The position numbers and the translations under genes are program-made. Shown one piece after another: positions 1 through 9,536 of a DNA stretch of 64,000 nt. Source of the DNA: Thermodesulfobacteriota bacterium (GTDB lineage: Bacteria > Desulfobacterota > Desulfarculia > JACQYL01); contig CAXXLZ010000002.1 of NCBI GenBank assembly GCA_963675595.2, positions 3,520,001-3,584,000 of the forward strand. Direction: 5' to 3'. Each line of letters starts with the position of its first letter. Positions within the stretch are counted from its first letter, which is position 1. The notes below the pieces were generated by a model. It worked only from the letters and a program-made list of their open reading frames with translations. It searched no databases and had not been told where the DNA came from.

Positions 1-785
1 ACGTCTCCAAATTCGTCCTGCATGCCCACCACAAAGGTGTGCAGGTTGGGAATGTCCTCCGCGGCGATGGCCGCCACCAAACTGCTGTCCAATCCACCGC
101 TGCAGAAGGATCCGACCGGAACCTGAGGGTCCGCCAGCAGCCTTTTCTTCACCGCCCGGATGAAGGTCTTGCGGATTCGTTCGCGCGCTTCCTCGATGTC
201 GGTGAGCAGATGGTCTTCCACCGGAGGCACCGAGTAATATTTCACGAATCCTTCTTTGGGGGTGTAGTAGTGGCCGGCGGGAAATTCGTGAACCTGATCG
301 AGCCCCGCCAAGGTCATGGCCCCCAGTTCCGAGCTGAAATAGATTTGGTCGTTGTGGTGTCCGTAATAGAGCGGCTTGATGCCGATGGGATCGCGGGCCA
401 GGAGATAGTTTTCACCGTCGAACAGAGCAAAGGCGAACATGCCGTCGAGCTCTTTTACGGCGGCGGCTCCTTTTTCCCGATACAGATGGAGAATGACCTC
501 CGAATCGGAAGAGGTCTTGAAGCGATACTGTGAAGTGAGCTTGGAGCGCAGCTTCTTGAAGTTATAAATTTCTCCGTTGCAAATGATCCCTTTGGATCCG
601 CCCTCGGCCAGAATGGGCTGATGGCCTCGGGCCACGTCCACAATGGAAAGGCGGGTGTGGCCCACCACACCGTTGGAATGGGAGTGGATGCCCCTGTCAT
701 TGGGTCCTCGGTGGCCCATGGCGTCCAGCATCCGATTGATGGTCTGTTCGTCCTTGACTCCGAAGCATCCGGCTATGCCGCACAT
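1..785 (-). CDS. Asparagine synthetase (glutamine-hydrolysing)-like Ntn amidotransferase, 3' end runs off the window
   Basis: Manual translation from ATG at 785: MCGIAGCFG...MGHRGPND...GHTRLSIVD...GHQP...NGEIYNF...SDSEVIL...LDGMFAF...ARDPIGIKPLYY...LSGGLDSS. N-terminal Cys nucleophile and AsnB motifs. Absent from the ORF track because it has no stop in the window. Confidence 0.92.
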   Translation of the reverse strand, partial: MCGIAGCFGVKDEQTINRMLDAMGHRGPNDRGIHSHSNGVVGHTRLSIVDVARGHQPILAEGGSKGIICNGEIYNFKKLRSKLTSQYRFKTSSDSEVILHLYREKGAAAVKELDGMFAFALFDGENYLLARDPIGIKPLYYGHHNDQIYFSSELGAMTLAGLDQVHEFPAGHYYTPKEGFVKYYSVPPVEDHLLTDIEEARERIRKTFIRAVKKRLLADPQVPVGSFCSGGLDSSLVAAIAAEDIPNLHTFVVGMQDEFGD

Positions 786-939
786 GTGTAACTCCTAACG
801 TTGGGGTTCTTTCCGGTTTCGAGGGGAGTATGCGCCACCCGATTCTCCAACCGGAAAACAAATATCTTCGTTCCTGTAACTTCTCGGAGAGAGGGAATAC
901 TCAGGAAAGTTTCGTCTGAAATGATCTCAATGCGAATTA

Positions 940-977
940 TTTGAATTCAAAATACATCGTGACGGATGTGTTGTCAA
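940..977 (-). promoter_or_regulatory. sigma70-type promoter (TTGACA-N17-TATTTT) with palindromic operator TTTGAATTCAAA overlapping the -10
   Basis: Minus-strand TTGACA at 977-972, -10 at 954-949, perfect 12-bp palindrome at 940-951. Confidence 0.6.
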
Positions 978-1075
978 GCAACAAACTCTTTTTTTGTCGT
1001 TGCCGATTTTCAGGGCAATCAGGGCGGATTGAAAACGGTTTGGATGCAATGGAAAAAAACGGGGTCAAAGATTAT

Positions 1076-1087
1076 TTTGTATACAAA
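1076..1087. promoter_or_regulatory. Second palindromic operator candidate TTTGTATACAAA
   Basis: Perfect palindrome related to the one at 940-951 (consensus TTTGWATWCAAA). Confidence 0.45.
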
Positions 1088-1212
1088 TTATTCCGGAAGT
1101 GCGGGAAAAGTTTTACAAGGGGCTGTCGGGAGCACTTGGGAGAGGAAACAGGGTAACGGATTCCGGTGGGAAACCCTTCTTGTACAAGGAAGTGCGGTCT
1201 TCGGTAAAGCCC

Positions 1213-1698
1213 TCAGGCCGATCCTTCCGTTTCCATGAGGCCGGTCAAAAGCTTCAGGCCTTCCGATATTTTGATCAATTCTGCTTCGGGAAGTTCCGAA
1301 AGGCCGTTCATGACTTGAGTCTGAATGGGGGGAGGTGCGTCGCGAGCGAGCGTTTCTCCCGCTTCCGTGAGTTCCACCACCACGATCCTGCGGTCCGGCG
1401 ACGTCCTGGTGCGTCTCACCAAATCTTTTTGTTCGAGTCGATCGATAATGCCCGTTACGGTGCTTGATTTTACCAGAACCTGACGCGCGATCCCGGACAG
1501 GGACAGGGGCCCGTTTTCGTATAGAGCCACTAGGCAGTTGAGCTGCGGTACGCTGATCTGGTATTTCTTGATGAGTTCTTTGGTGTAGTGGCCCCTGGCC
1601 TGAAGAAGCCGCCGAATATGGTAAATGATTTCGCGGATGAGGTCCGGTTTCACCGTGGACGACGTCTTCTGCGCGAAAGTCGATCTCTGATCGTACAT
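1213..1698 (-). CDS. MarR-family transcriptional regulator (EctR/CosR-like)
   Basis: wHTH segment ISVPQLNCL...LSLSGIARQVLVKSSTVTGIIDRLEQKDLVRRTRTSPDRR and C-terminal APPPIQ, as in EctR-type MarRs. Confidence 0.88.
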   Translation of the reverse strand: MYDQRSTFAQKTSSTVKPDLIREIIYHIRRLLQARGHYTKELIKKYQISVPQLNCLVALYENGPLSLSGIARQVLVKSSTVTGIIDRLEQKDLVRRTRTSPDRRIVVVELTEAGETLARDAPPPIQTQVMNGLSELPEAELIKISEGLKLLTGLMETEGSA

Positions 1699-1945
1699 AT
1701 TTCTTCTTACCCGAATTCAATGAGATGCCCGAAGAAACGGGATCAGACCCTTTACCAGATTCCGGCGGATTGATCAATGATGGAAAAGCGGCATTTCGGT
1801 ATCGGGTTCCCGTTTATTGAACGGTAGGCCGACCATACCGGCGAGTTTTCTTAGAAGGGAACGGGCATTATCCCGAGACGCTTCCGGAAAGGAAAAGGGC
1901 ATCCAACGACCGGGTCTCGGATATTCCGGGGAGGGGGAGTTTCGC

Positions 1946-3298
1946 ATGAATCATCGGATCGCGGTCATCGATGAGGAAGAGGTCATCGGTCAATGCCGTC
2001 GTGAACTGCCCGATCCCCCTTATCGTTTGGAAGGGTTCGACTCCATGGGACGGGCCGCCGCAGCCATCGAGGCCGATCCCCCCGACGTGGTTTTACTCGA
2101 TACGGCACTGCTGCGAGGAGCGCGGTCGGCCGATGTGGAACGTATTCAATCTTCCGCTCCCATGGCGGACCTCATTCTTACGGGGACGCGGGAGAGCATG
2201 GCAATTTCAGGGCGGGCCGAGAGCGGCTTGGCCTGTGACTCTCTGCTGAAACCTTTTCATTCCGAAGAGCTGAGAATGCGGATTCGGAGCTCGTGCGAGT
2301 CGATCCGTCTGCGCACGGAACTGCGGGACCTTCGGGAACGGATGCTGAAAGACCTGCTTCCGTGTATCGAAACGGACCGTGGGACTCTTCTGGACACCGG
2401 CCATGCGGTGAAAGCTCTGGCGGGAGACTCGGGACGATCCGTATTGATTCTCGGCGCGGCCAAATCGGTTTCCGAATTAATGGCCGCCGGCATTCATTCT
2501 CGAAGCCCCGTTCATCGATCCCCGCTGGTTTCCCTGGACTGTTCGGCGTCTCCTCGTCAAGACCTGGAAAGTGCCTTGTTCGGAGAGCACGGGACTAGTG
2601 TGTCGGGACGAAAATCCACCGGCCAACGAGGCTTAATCGCGGAGGCTTCGGGAGGCACGCTTTTTCTTGATGAGATCGGCGAGCTGCCTGAGAGGACTCA
2701 GACACGGCTTCTTAAGTACTTGGATTCGGAAGATTCTTCTTCGAAACGACCTCGGTTCATCTCGGCGATCCGGGGGAATGTGCGTGAACTTCTGGAAGGC
2801 GAGCTGCTCCACGGAGATCTCTATCGGCGGTTGGCGGAGAGTACGGTTCGAGTGCCGTCGCTCACCAAACGAGGTGAGGTGATATCGCGGATCGCGACGA
2901 TGCTGTTGACTCACTTTTCGGAGAAGCACGGCAGGGCGGTGCGGGGCTTCAGTTCGGAAGCCGCCCTGTATCTCGCCGGCCGAAGCTGGAAAGGGGGGAT
3001 CGAAGAATTACGAAACTCCGTGGAGCGCGGTGTGCTGTTGAGTTCGGGTCCCCTGGTGGATAGGAACGACCTGTTTCAGGACGACGTCAAAGCTCTTTGC
3101 GCCAAAGGAGGATTGGTGGACCCCAGGGGGGGCTTTCCGCCGCTTCCCAGGGAGGGAATCGACTTGGAGGCGCTGGAAACCCACCTCATTCGCGAAGCGT
3201 TCCACCAAGCGGGAGGAAACGAACGCAAGGCCGCCCGCCTTTTGGGGATGGGATATTATGCTTTCAGATACCGCCGGAGGCGGTTGGAGCGTCGCTGA
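1946..3298 (+). CDS. NtrC-like REC-AAA+-HTH(Fis) regulator with a degenerate ATPase/sigma54 module
   Basis: REC domain (DVVLLD...LLKPF), GGTLFLDEIGELP, WKGGIEELRNSVER, C-terminal GGNERKAARLLG. Walker A and GAFTGA are lost. Start chosen after a GGAG RBS. Confidence 0.8.
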   Translation: MNHRIAVIDEEEVIGQCRRELPDPPYRLEGFDSMGRAAAAIEADPPDVVLLDTALLRGARSADVERIQSSAPMADLILTGTRESMAISGRAESGLACDSLLKPFHSEELRMRIRSSCESIRLRTELRDLRERMLKDLLPCIETDRGTLLDTGHAVKALAGDSGRSVLILGAAKSVSELMAAGIHSRSPVHRSPLVSLDCSASPRQDLESALFGEHGTSVSGRKSTGQRGLIAEASGGTLFLDEIGELPERTQTRLLKYLDSEDSSSKRPRFISAIRGNVRELLEGELLHGDLYRRLAESTVRVPSLTKRGEVISRIATMLLTHFSEKHGRAVRGFSSEAALYLAGRSWKGGIEELRNSVERGVLLSSGPLVDRNDLFQDDVKALCAKGGLVDPRGGFPPLPREGIDLEALETHLIREAFHQAGGNERKAARLLGMGYYAFRYRRRRLERR

Positions 3299-3478
3299 CG
3301 CGCCGCGAATATAATATATTCGGCAGGTATCGTAATGCAGGGGGAAAACGGCCGAGGTGGCCCTCCTCCGCTGAGAAGGCCCCCCGGCCTTGTGATCCCC
3401 GCGCATTTCGTACGCCGTTTCTATCCGCATCGCCGTCGTCCTTCAGGAAGGATCAAGTCCGCGGGACGGCGACGCCGG

Positions 3479-5284
3479 TCAGTCGTCGAAACACGACTCC
3501 TCCGCTTTGGCGGTTAATCCTTCGCTCTCCGTCAATAGCCGCACCAGCCCGTCGGCCTTGGGAAGCTCATACCGATAGAAGTAGTCCATGGTGCGCAGCT
3601 TGCCCTGATAGAAACGGGTTTCCGCTTCGGACAGGCCTTCCGATTGCACCCGGAAGGCGGCCGAGCCCTGGAGGAGCCATTGCCACGCCACGGTGACGAT
3701 GCCGAACAATTCCAAATAAGGGACGGCGTCCGCAAGAAAACGTTCCGTTTCTCCGGAATCCGCGATCCGGAGGAGGTGGGCGGTCACATCTCGGAGCCGC
3801 TCAAGAGACTCTCGGAGCCGATGAGCATGAAACTCGAGTCCTGGGAAGGTTTCCGCCTTCCGCACGGCTTTTTCGACTTCATCGATGTACAACGAAAAGG
3901 CGCGGCCGTTGTTCATGGTGACTTTTCGACCCAAGAGGTCCAGCCCCTGAATGCCGGTAGTTCCCTCGTGGATGGGATGAATGCGGACGTCTCTGTAATA
4001 CTGTTCCAGCGGGAATTCGTCGCAATACCCGTAACCTCCCAGGCATTGGAGTCCCTGGCTTACGGAGAGTACGCCCATTTCCGAAGGGTAGGTCTTGGCC
4101 GCGGGCGTGAGGATATCCAGCAGCATTGAGTAGCGCTCCTTTTCTTCGCCCTCCGAAACCTTGATCATATCCACATACTTGGAGCACTGGAGCAGTAGGG
4201 CGACGGACCCGTCCACCACGGCGCGCTGGAAGAACAGCATGCGTTTTACGTCGGGATGATTGATGATGGGCACGGGCGGGGACGTGGGGTCTTTCGCCGA
4301 AAGCTTTCTTCCCTGCGGCCGGGTCTTTGCGTATTCCAGGGAGGCATAGTAGGCGGCGGACGCGATGCCCGCGGCTCCGATCGCCACGTCGATTCGGCCC
4401 TCGTTCATCATCTGGAACATGTACGAAAGGCCCTTGTTGGGTTCGCCTACCAAGTAGCCGCGGCAATCATCCCTTTCGCCCAAACTTAGCTGCACGATGG
4501 GAGAACCGCGGTAGCCCAGCTTATGATAAATGCCCGCCGTGTTGACGTCGTTGCTCACCAAGCTTCCGTCCTTTTCGATTCTCTTCTTGGGCACCACGAA
4601 CAGGGAGATGCCCTTCACTCCCGGAGGCGCTCCCTTGATCTTGGCCAACATCAGGTGCACCACGTTTTCAGTCCCCGTGTGGTCCGCGGCGGAGATGAAT
4701 ATCTTTTGCCCGCTGATCCTGTAGTAATCCTGATCCGTAGGAACGGCCCGGGTCGATATGTCCGTGAGGGAGCTTCCGGCCTGCGGCTCGGTCAGAGCCA
4801 TGGTCCCCTGCCATTCTCCCTCGAATATCTTGGGAATGTAGGTATCGATAAGTTCCTGTGAACCGAAGGACTCGATCAGATGAGCCGCTCCGGTGTTCAG
4901 AAACGCGTACACGGAGGCCGAATAATTGGCCGCGCTGAAGATGAATCGGCATGCGGCCGTGAGCAGATGAGGAAGCTGCTGGCCGCCTAACTCGAAGGGC
5001 GCGTTGGCGGAAATCCATCCCCCTTCTCCCAGCTGCTTCAGAATCGTGGAAACCATGGGATGGACCTTTACCTCATTGTCGGAGAACTCGGGAGGATTCC
5101 GGTCCATCTCGGCAAAACAGGGGAGAAAGAGGTCGTAAGCCATCTTCACGGCGGTTTCAAATACGATCTCGAAGATTTCTTTGTTGTGCTCTTCGTACAT
5201 CGGACAATGGGTGAGTGATTCCAGATCGAACACCTCATACAATAAAAACCGCAGATTCCTTTCGCTTACCAGCTTATCTCCCAT
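3479..5284 (-). CDS. Acyl-CoA dehydrogenase (~600-aa type)
   Basis: GTMALTEPQAGSSL, ISGQKIFIS, GVKGISLFVVPK, QCLGGYGY, IHEGTTGIQGLDLLGRK. Confidence 0.95.
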   Translation of the reverse strand: MGDKLVSERNLRFLLYEVFDLESLTHCPMYEEHNKEIFEIVFETAVKMAYDLFLPCFAEMDRNPPEFSDNEVKVHPMVSTILKQLGEGGWISANAPFELGGQQLPHLLTAACRFIFSAANYSASVYAFLNTGAAHLIESFGSQELIDTYIPKIFEGEWQGTMALTEPQAGSSLTDISTRAVPTDQDYYRISGQKIFISAADHTGTENVVHLMLAKIKGAPPGVKGISLFVVPKKRIEKDGSLVSNDVNTAGIYHKLGYRGSPIVQLSLGERDDCRGYLVGEPNKGLSYMFQMMNEGRIDVAIGAAGIASAAYYASLEYAKTRPQGRKLSAKDPTSPPVPIINHPDVKRMLFFQRAVVDGSVALLLQCSKYVDMIKVSEGEEKERYSMLLDILTPAAKTYPSEMGVLSVSQGLQCLGGYGYCDEFPLEQYYRDVRIHPIHEGTTGIQGLDLLGRKVTMNNGRAFSLYIDEVEKAVRKAETFPGLEFHAHRLRESLERLRDVTAHLLRIADSGETERFLADAVPYLELFGIVTVAWQWLLQGSAAFRVQSEGLSEAETRFYQGKLRTMDYFYRYELPKADGLVRLLTESEGLTAKAEESCFDD

Positions 5285-5569
5285 GGGAAGCACCTCCGAT
5301 GCCGTTGAAAGAGGGACTCGGGCTGATGGATCAGCCTGACCGGCGCCCCGGTGAAACAGACAATGATGTTTCTTTATGTAGGGTGGTAACGAGCGCGTCA
5401 AGTCGCTTGTACACAAGATTGCTTCAATGGTGAAGCCGTGAGCATGAAGTAGGATTCCTTGTGGGCTGTTTCTCGGCTGTGATATCTTCAAACGAATGAA
5501 AGGGGGGGCCGCCTGAAGGACGCGGCGGCGTTCTTCCGATGTGCGTTTCGAAAGGGAAAGGAGGATGTC

Positions 5570-6373
5570 ATGATCAGGAATCCCGCGGTTGCCGACCAAT
5601 TTTACCCCGGCGAACCCTCGGTGCTGTCACGAGAAGTGAAGGGTTATCTGGACCGGGAGGCGGAAAAGAGGGAGGCCCTGGCTGTGATCGCTCCTCACGC
5701 GGGGTACATGTTTTCCGGGAAGGTCGCGGGAATGGCCTTTGCTCGCGTGAAGATTCCAGGTCGAATCATTCTGCTTGGGGTGAATCATCGGGGCATCGGA
5801 GCTCCGGTTGCCGTCATGGCGGATGGAGCCTGGGAAATGCCCAACGGCCGAGTCGGGATGGACGGGGAAACGGCACGAGCCGTTATGAAGCATTCTCGAT
5901 TGGTGAAAGACGACGCGGCCGCTCATCGTTACGAGCATTCCCTGGAGGTGCAGGTCCCGTTTCTCCAGGCACTCCGGAGCGACTTCCTGTTGACTCCCAT
6001 TGCGTTGTCCTTTCTTTCGTATGACGATTGCGAGGAATTGGGCTCGGCCGTTGCGGCGGCGATCCGAGAAGTGGGGGAACCGACTCTCATTGTGGCGAGC
6101 ACGGACATGTCGCACTACGAGTCTCAGATGTCGGCGAAGCGCAAGGACGAAATGGCCATTCAACGGATTGAGGCGCTGGACCCCGCCGGTTTGCATCAAA
6201 CCGTGGTGCAAAATCGCATTTCCATGTGCGGAGTGATTCCCGTGGCGGTGACGTTGGTGGCGTGCAAGGCTCTGGGCGCGTCCCGGTGCGAACTGATCGC
6301 CTATGCCACCAGCGGAGATGTGACCCGTGACTACGACCAGGTGGTCGGGTACGCGGGGTTCGTGGTTTCCTGA
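5570..6373 (+). CDS. amrB: AmmeMemoRadiSam system protein B (MEMO1 family)
   Basis: IRNPAVADQFYP, IAPHAGYMFSG, EHSLEVQVPFLQ, VASTDMSHY, SMCG, VVGYAG. Confidence 0.93.
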   Translation: MIRNPAVADQFYPGEPSVLSREVKGYLDREAEKREALAVIAPHAGYMFSGKVAGMAFARVKIPGRIILLGVNHRGIGAPVAVMADGAWEMPNGRVGMDGETARAVMKHSRLVKDDAAAHRYEHSLEVQVPFLQALRSDFLLTPIALSFLSYDDCEELGSAVAAAIREVGEPTLIVASTDMSHYESQMSAKRKDEMAIQRIEALDPAGLHQTVVQNRISMCGVIPVAVTLVACKALGASRCELIAYATSGDVTRDYDQVVGYAGFVVS

Positions 6374-6375
6374 AG

Positions 6376-6492
6376 GACGGTTTGGAAACGCGATCCGCGG
6401 CGTTGCGCTTCATCCTTCGTCACTGCGACGCGCTTCGCAGGCATTGTTCCTCGGGTTTTGCTCGCCTTGCATGCCCTCGCTTTTCAGCCGTC
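6376..6492. repeat. MITE/REP-like non-coding element with GACGG...CCGTC ends
   Basis: Inverted ends gacggtttggaaa / ttttcagccgtc. Core GCGGCGTTGCGCTTCATCCTTCGTCACTGCG resembles a repeat I recall from deltaproteobacterial genomes. Confidence 0.6.
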
Positions 6493-6545
6493 TGCAATAA
6501 TCCGGCTTTGTCCACGGGCTGTTGAGGAGCCTTTCAAGAGCAAAC

Positions 6546-6580
6546 GGGAAGGGAAATCCGCCGCCGGCGGACTTCCCCCC
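6546..6580. terminator. GC-rich hairpin between the convergent amrB and lipoprotein genes
   Basis: gggaaatccgcc-g-ccggcggacttccc imperfect stem-loop. Confidence 0.4.
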
Positions 6581-6599
6581 GTGGGTCGATTCTTGCTTC

Positions 6600-9536
6600 C
6601 TAATCGTGCGTGGAAGTGATCAAAGCCGCATCATAGGTGGGATTCCCCACGTAGTTGTCCACACCGTAGGAAGCGCCCATGAGCAAGGAGCCGTAACCTC
6701 CGTTTACCTTGCTGTAATCGATGGGAAATAAGAGGAAGAATCCCGCCTTTACGGCTTGAGTTGACCCGTCCTTCACTTTGACGATCTGTCCGATGGTCTT
6801 GCCGGTATCGTACTGATCCACCAGTGCGCTGTAGATATCCGTAAACGCGTAGCCTTTGTAGTAGAAACTATCGCGCCCGTCCGGCAACGTGGGTCGGAAC
6901 TGATCCGAGGTGACGCATGTCGTCGTTTTGTCGGAAGAAACGGACACCCTCATGATCCTATTCGCTTCCCAAAGATCCTTGGTTTGGGTCTTGTCCGGAA
7001 AGTACAACGCGTGGGTTCGGTCGAGGGAATCCACGTCAAACCCCTCACAATATTCCATCAACAGATCAAAAGTTGTGGGATGTATGTCCGCCGCCATATT
7101 GGTGTAGATGGTTTCTTTGATATTTTGTTCTTTGACCTGGAAGGCGATGGCGCTGTTCCTGAGGTCGATGGGATCCACTCGTAGGTCCGGGTAGTACGGC
7201 GTCCGATAGTAAGGGGCGATCATTCCGTTGCTGCCGAAGATCAGTTGGAACCGACCGGCAAGCTGCAGGAATAATAACTTGGGGTCATGTTTCAGTTCGT
7301 AACGGAAGATCGGGAAAAGAGGAGATTCGCTGCGTCCGTCATATAAATCGACCGGATTCGGTGTGTCTTTGATCCGCATACCGCGATTGCTTACAATCTT
7401 GTACAAATGCTGGTTGCAGTGAACATCCTGCGTATAGCCATCATAATTGACCATATCCGCCAATTGATCCAAGGCGGCGAACACCAGATTCTGATTCTTG
7501 AAAACAAAGGGAGCGTACCCTCCGGGAGCGTCCCGCCACACGTGCATGACTTTGGGATTACATAGATATTTCACGTAATTGAACTTATCTCTATCGGATC
7601 CCAGGGACTTGTATAATTGGGAATTCTCCACGTCCCCATTCTCGGCGTCTCCGTACATGTCTACGGCGAAGTGATGCAACAGATCGACTTCGATATCCTG
7701 ACCGGACGTCATATGCGTGGTAGCCAAATCGTAGGCTTTGTCCGAGAATGCTTCATAGAAGTCCTGAATCTGAGCATTGAATGATTTCGATACGTTACTT
7801 ATCACAAAATTGCTCATGAATTGCGTGTAGTCGGCCAATTGCCTGAATAGATCCACAACCATCAACAGCTTGGTTGCATTGGCATAAGAATCGGCCCGGT
7901 CGGCCCGGTCGGGCAGGACGATCTTGCTGGTTCGGAGTGCGGAGATGACGTCTTCATAAGGAGTCGTCTCAAAGCCGCTGACGATCATGTCGTCGATTCG
8001 TAGAATATTGGAGCCTTGCTCGACAATATCGCCGTCGTCCCGGTCGCTTTCCTGTAGCAGCAGCTCCAATTCTTCGGAAAAGCGGTGATATAGCGTAGTG
8101 CCGTTATTGTCCGGCTCCGTTGGGTCCTCATCCAGGAGAGAATCCAGTCCTTCAACGTCAAGCTCGTCACTGATGTCCTTGATCTCGGTATCCACTTCGC
8201 TTCCGGCTTTCAGGTCTTTCTGGTACTGCTTCCATTCTTTGTAACTGGCGAATACGGAGTCCGGAGGCGCGCTGACTTCCTTTTTCAGTGCGGGCGTATC
8301 GAGCACTTCCACCGTGGGGGAAGTGGGTACTTTCAGAGTGGGCACGTAGAGGGGCGTGCCTTCGTCACTGAGAATCGACTTGATTTGCGAGGCGAAGGAG
8401 CCCAGGTCCATGCCGCCCGGGCGCGAATGGGCTTCTATGTGAAGATTCTTCATGGCGCCCGCCCACCCGGATTGTTGGGCGAAGGTGGCGGATGACGCGC
8501 TTTCCGCGGAGAATTTGGAGGGAACGCCGCCTCCCAGCGAAAGGGCCACGCCCACCCGCGCCTCTTCATTACCGCTGTTTTCGTCGAATTGAAGGGTGCC
8601 GTAGCCGTAGGCATAATTGGCGAAATAGAGTTTGCTCACGAAATGAGTGCCCACATGGGAATAGAAGTCCTGCACGGCATGGCCGATCTTTTGTTTCAAG
8701 GTCATCATGTTGGTGTACACAATGTTACGGACGGTCTCATTGTCCGCGAAGGTGTCGTATTGCGCTCTCAATATCCCGAAAATTTCTTCCATTTCCGATA
8801 GGAGCTGAACGTTGCCGTAGACGTTCCGTTGACTCCAGTCGACCTGTCCATGTCCTTGGTTTTTTTGGAAAATCAGCTCGTGGATATAGGTACCTTTGGA
8901 CACACCGGCGCTTTCCTCGGTGTAGTCCACATATTGCTTGATTTCACTTTCCGAAAGCGGCGTACCGATGAGATAAGGGGTCAGGTCGAATCCGGAGGCG
9001 AGATCAGAGGTGTTGAATTCATAATACGAGCCGTGCTTGCCTCGATTCATGGAAACATAGATGCTTCCGTCCGAGTTCGCCAAGGCCATGGAATGATCGG
9101 CGTGAATAGCGGCCCCCAGGCTGAACAACCCCCCGAAATTGGCGGAGGTCTTCGAGTCCGCGGATACCGCGTAGGAGAAAGACGTGGCGTTCTTATTGCT
9201 GGTCATGATGATGGCGATGTCATCTTGTGAAGCGCTCTGAGCGTTGAGATCGAGCAGAGATTCGTCGTCGATGAGTTTCAGGTTGAAAATAGGGGTGTTG
9301 TTGTATGTGGAGTCGATTACGTTGATCACCGTACCCACCACGAAATTGGATATGGAGTCGCTGTCGATCTGTTTACGCGTATTCGGGGCGGACAAACGAG
9401 CGATATCTCTTTCGTGGAATCCCAGTTCATTGATCATGGTGTCGTACTGCTCAACGCTTTCGGTTGAGCCTCCGCACCCGGCCAGCAGAAACGCTGAAAA
9501 CAAGAGTCCGATGCCCAATAAAATATTCCGCCGCAC
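6600..9536 (-). CDS. Large orphan lipoprotein with a MACPF-like N-terminal half
   Basis: AGGAG RBS then GTG at 9536. Lipobox LLAG-C. Motifs VGTVINV...PIFN, DFYSHVGTHFVSK, two Gly/Ser/Ala-rich hairpin-like segments, PYEDVI. CDS is clear; the MACPF call is inference. Confidence 0.65.
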   Translation of the reverse strand: MRRNILLGIGLLFSAFLLAGCGGSTESVEQYDTMINELGFHERDIARLSAPNTRKQIDSDSISNFVVGTVINVIDSTYNNTPIFNLKLIDDESLLDLNAQSASQDDIAIIMTSNKNATSFSYAVSADSKTSANFGGLFSLGAAIHADHSMALANSDGSIYVSMNRGKHGSYYEFNTSDLASGFDLTPYLIGTPLSESEIKQYVDYTEESAGVSKGTYIHELIFQKNQGHGQVDWSQRNVYGNVQLLSEMEEIFGILRAQYDTFADNETVRNIVYTNMMTLKQKIGHAVQDFYSHVGTHFVSKLYFANYAYGYGTLQFDENSGNEEARVGVALSLGGGVPSKFSAESASSATFAQQSGWAGAMKNLHIEAHSRPGGMDLGSFASQIKSILSDEGTPLYVPTLKVPTSPTVEVLDTPALKKEVSAPPDSVFASYKEWKQYQKDLKAGSEVDTEIKDISDELDVEGLDSLLDEDPTEPDNNGTTLYHRFSEELELLLQESDRDDGDIVEQGSNILRIDDMIVSGFETTPYEDVISALRTSKIVLPDRADRADSYANATKLLMVVDLFRQLADYTQFMSNFVISNVSKSFNAQIQDFYEAFSDKAYDLATTHMTSGQDIEVDLLHHFAVDMYGDAENGDVENSQLYKSLGSDRDKFNYVKYLCNPKVMHVWRDAPGGYAPFVFKNQNLVFAALDQLADMVNYDGYTQDVHCNQHLYKIVSNRGMRIKDTPNPVDLYDGRSESPLFPIFRYELKHDPKLLFLQLAGRFQLIFGSNGMIAPYYRTPYYPDLRVDPIDLRNSAIAFQVKEQNIKETIYTNMAADIHPTTFDLLMEYCEGFDVDSLDRTHALYFPDKTQTKDLWEANRIMRVSVSSDKTTTCVTSDQFRPTLPDGRDSFYYKGYAFTDIYSALVDQYDTGKTIGQIVKVKDGSTQAVKAGFFLLFPIDYSKVNGGYGSLLMGASYGVDNYVGNPTYDAALITSTHD

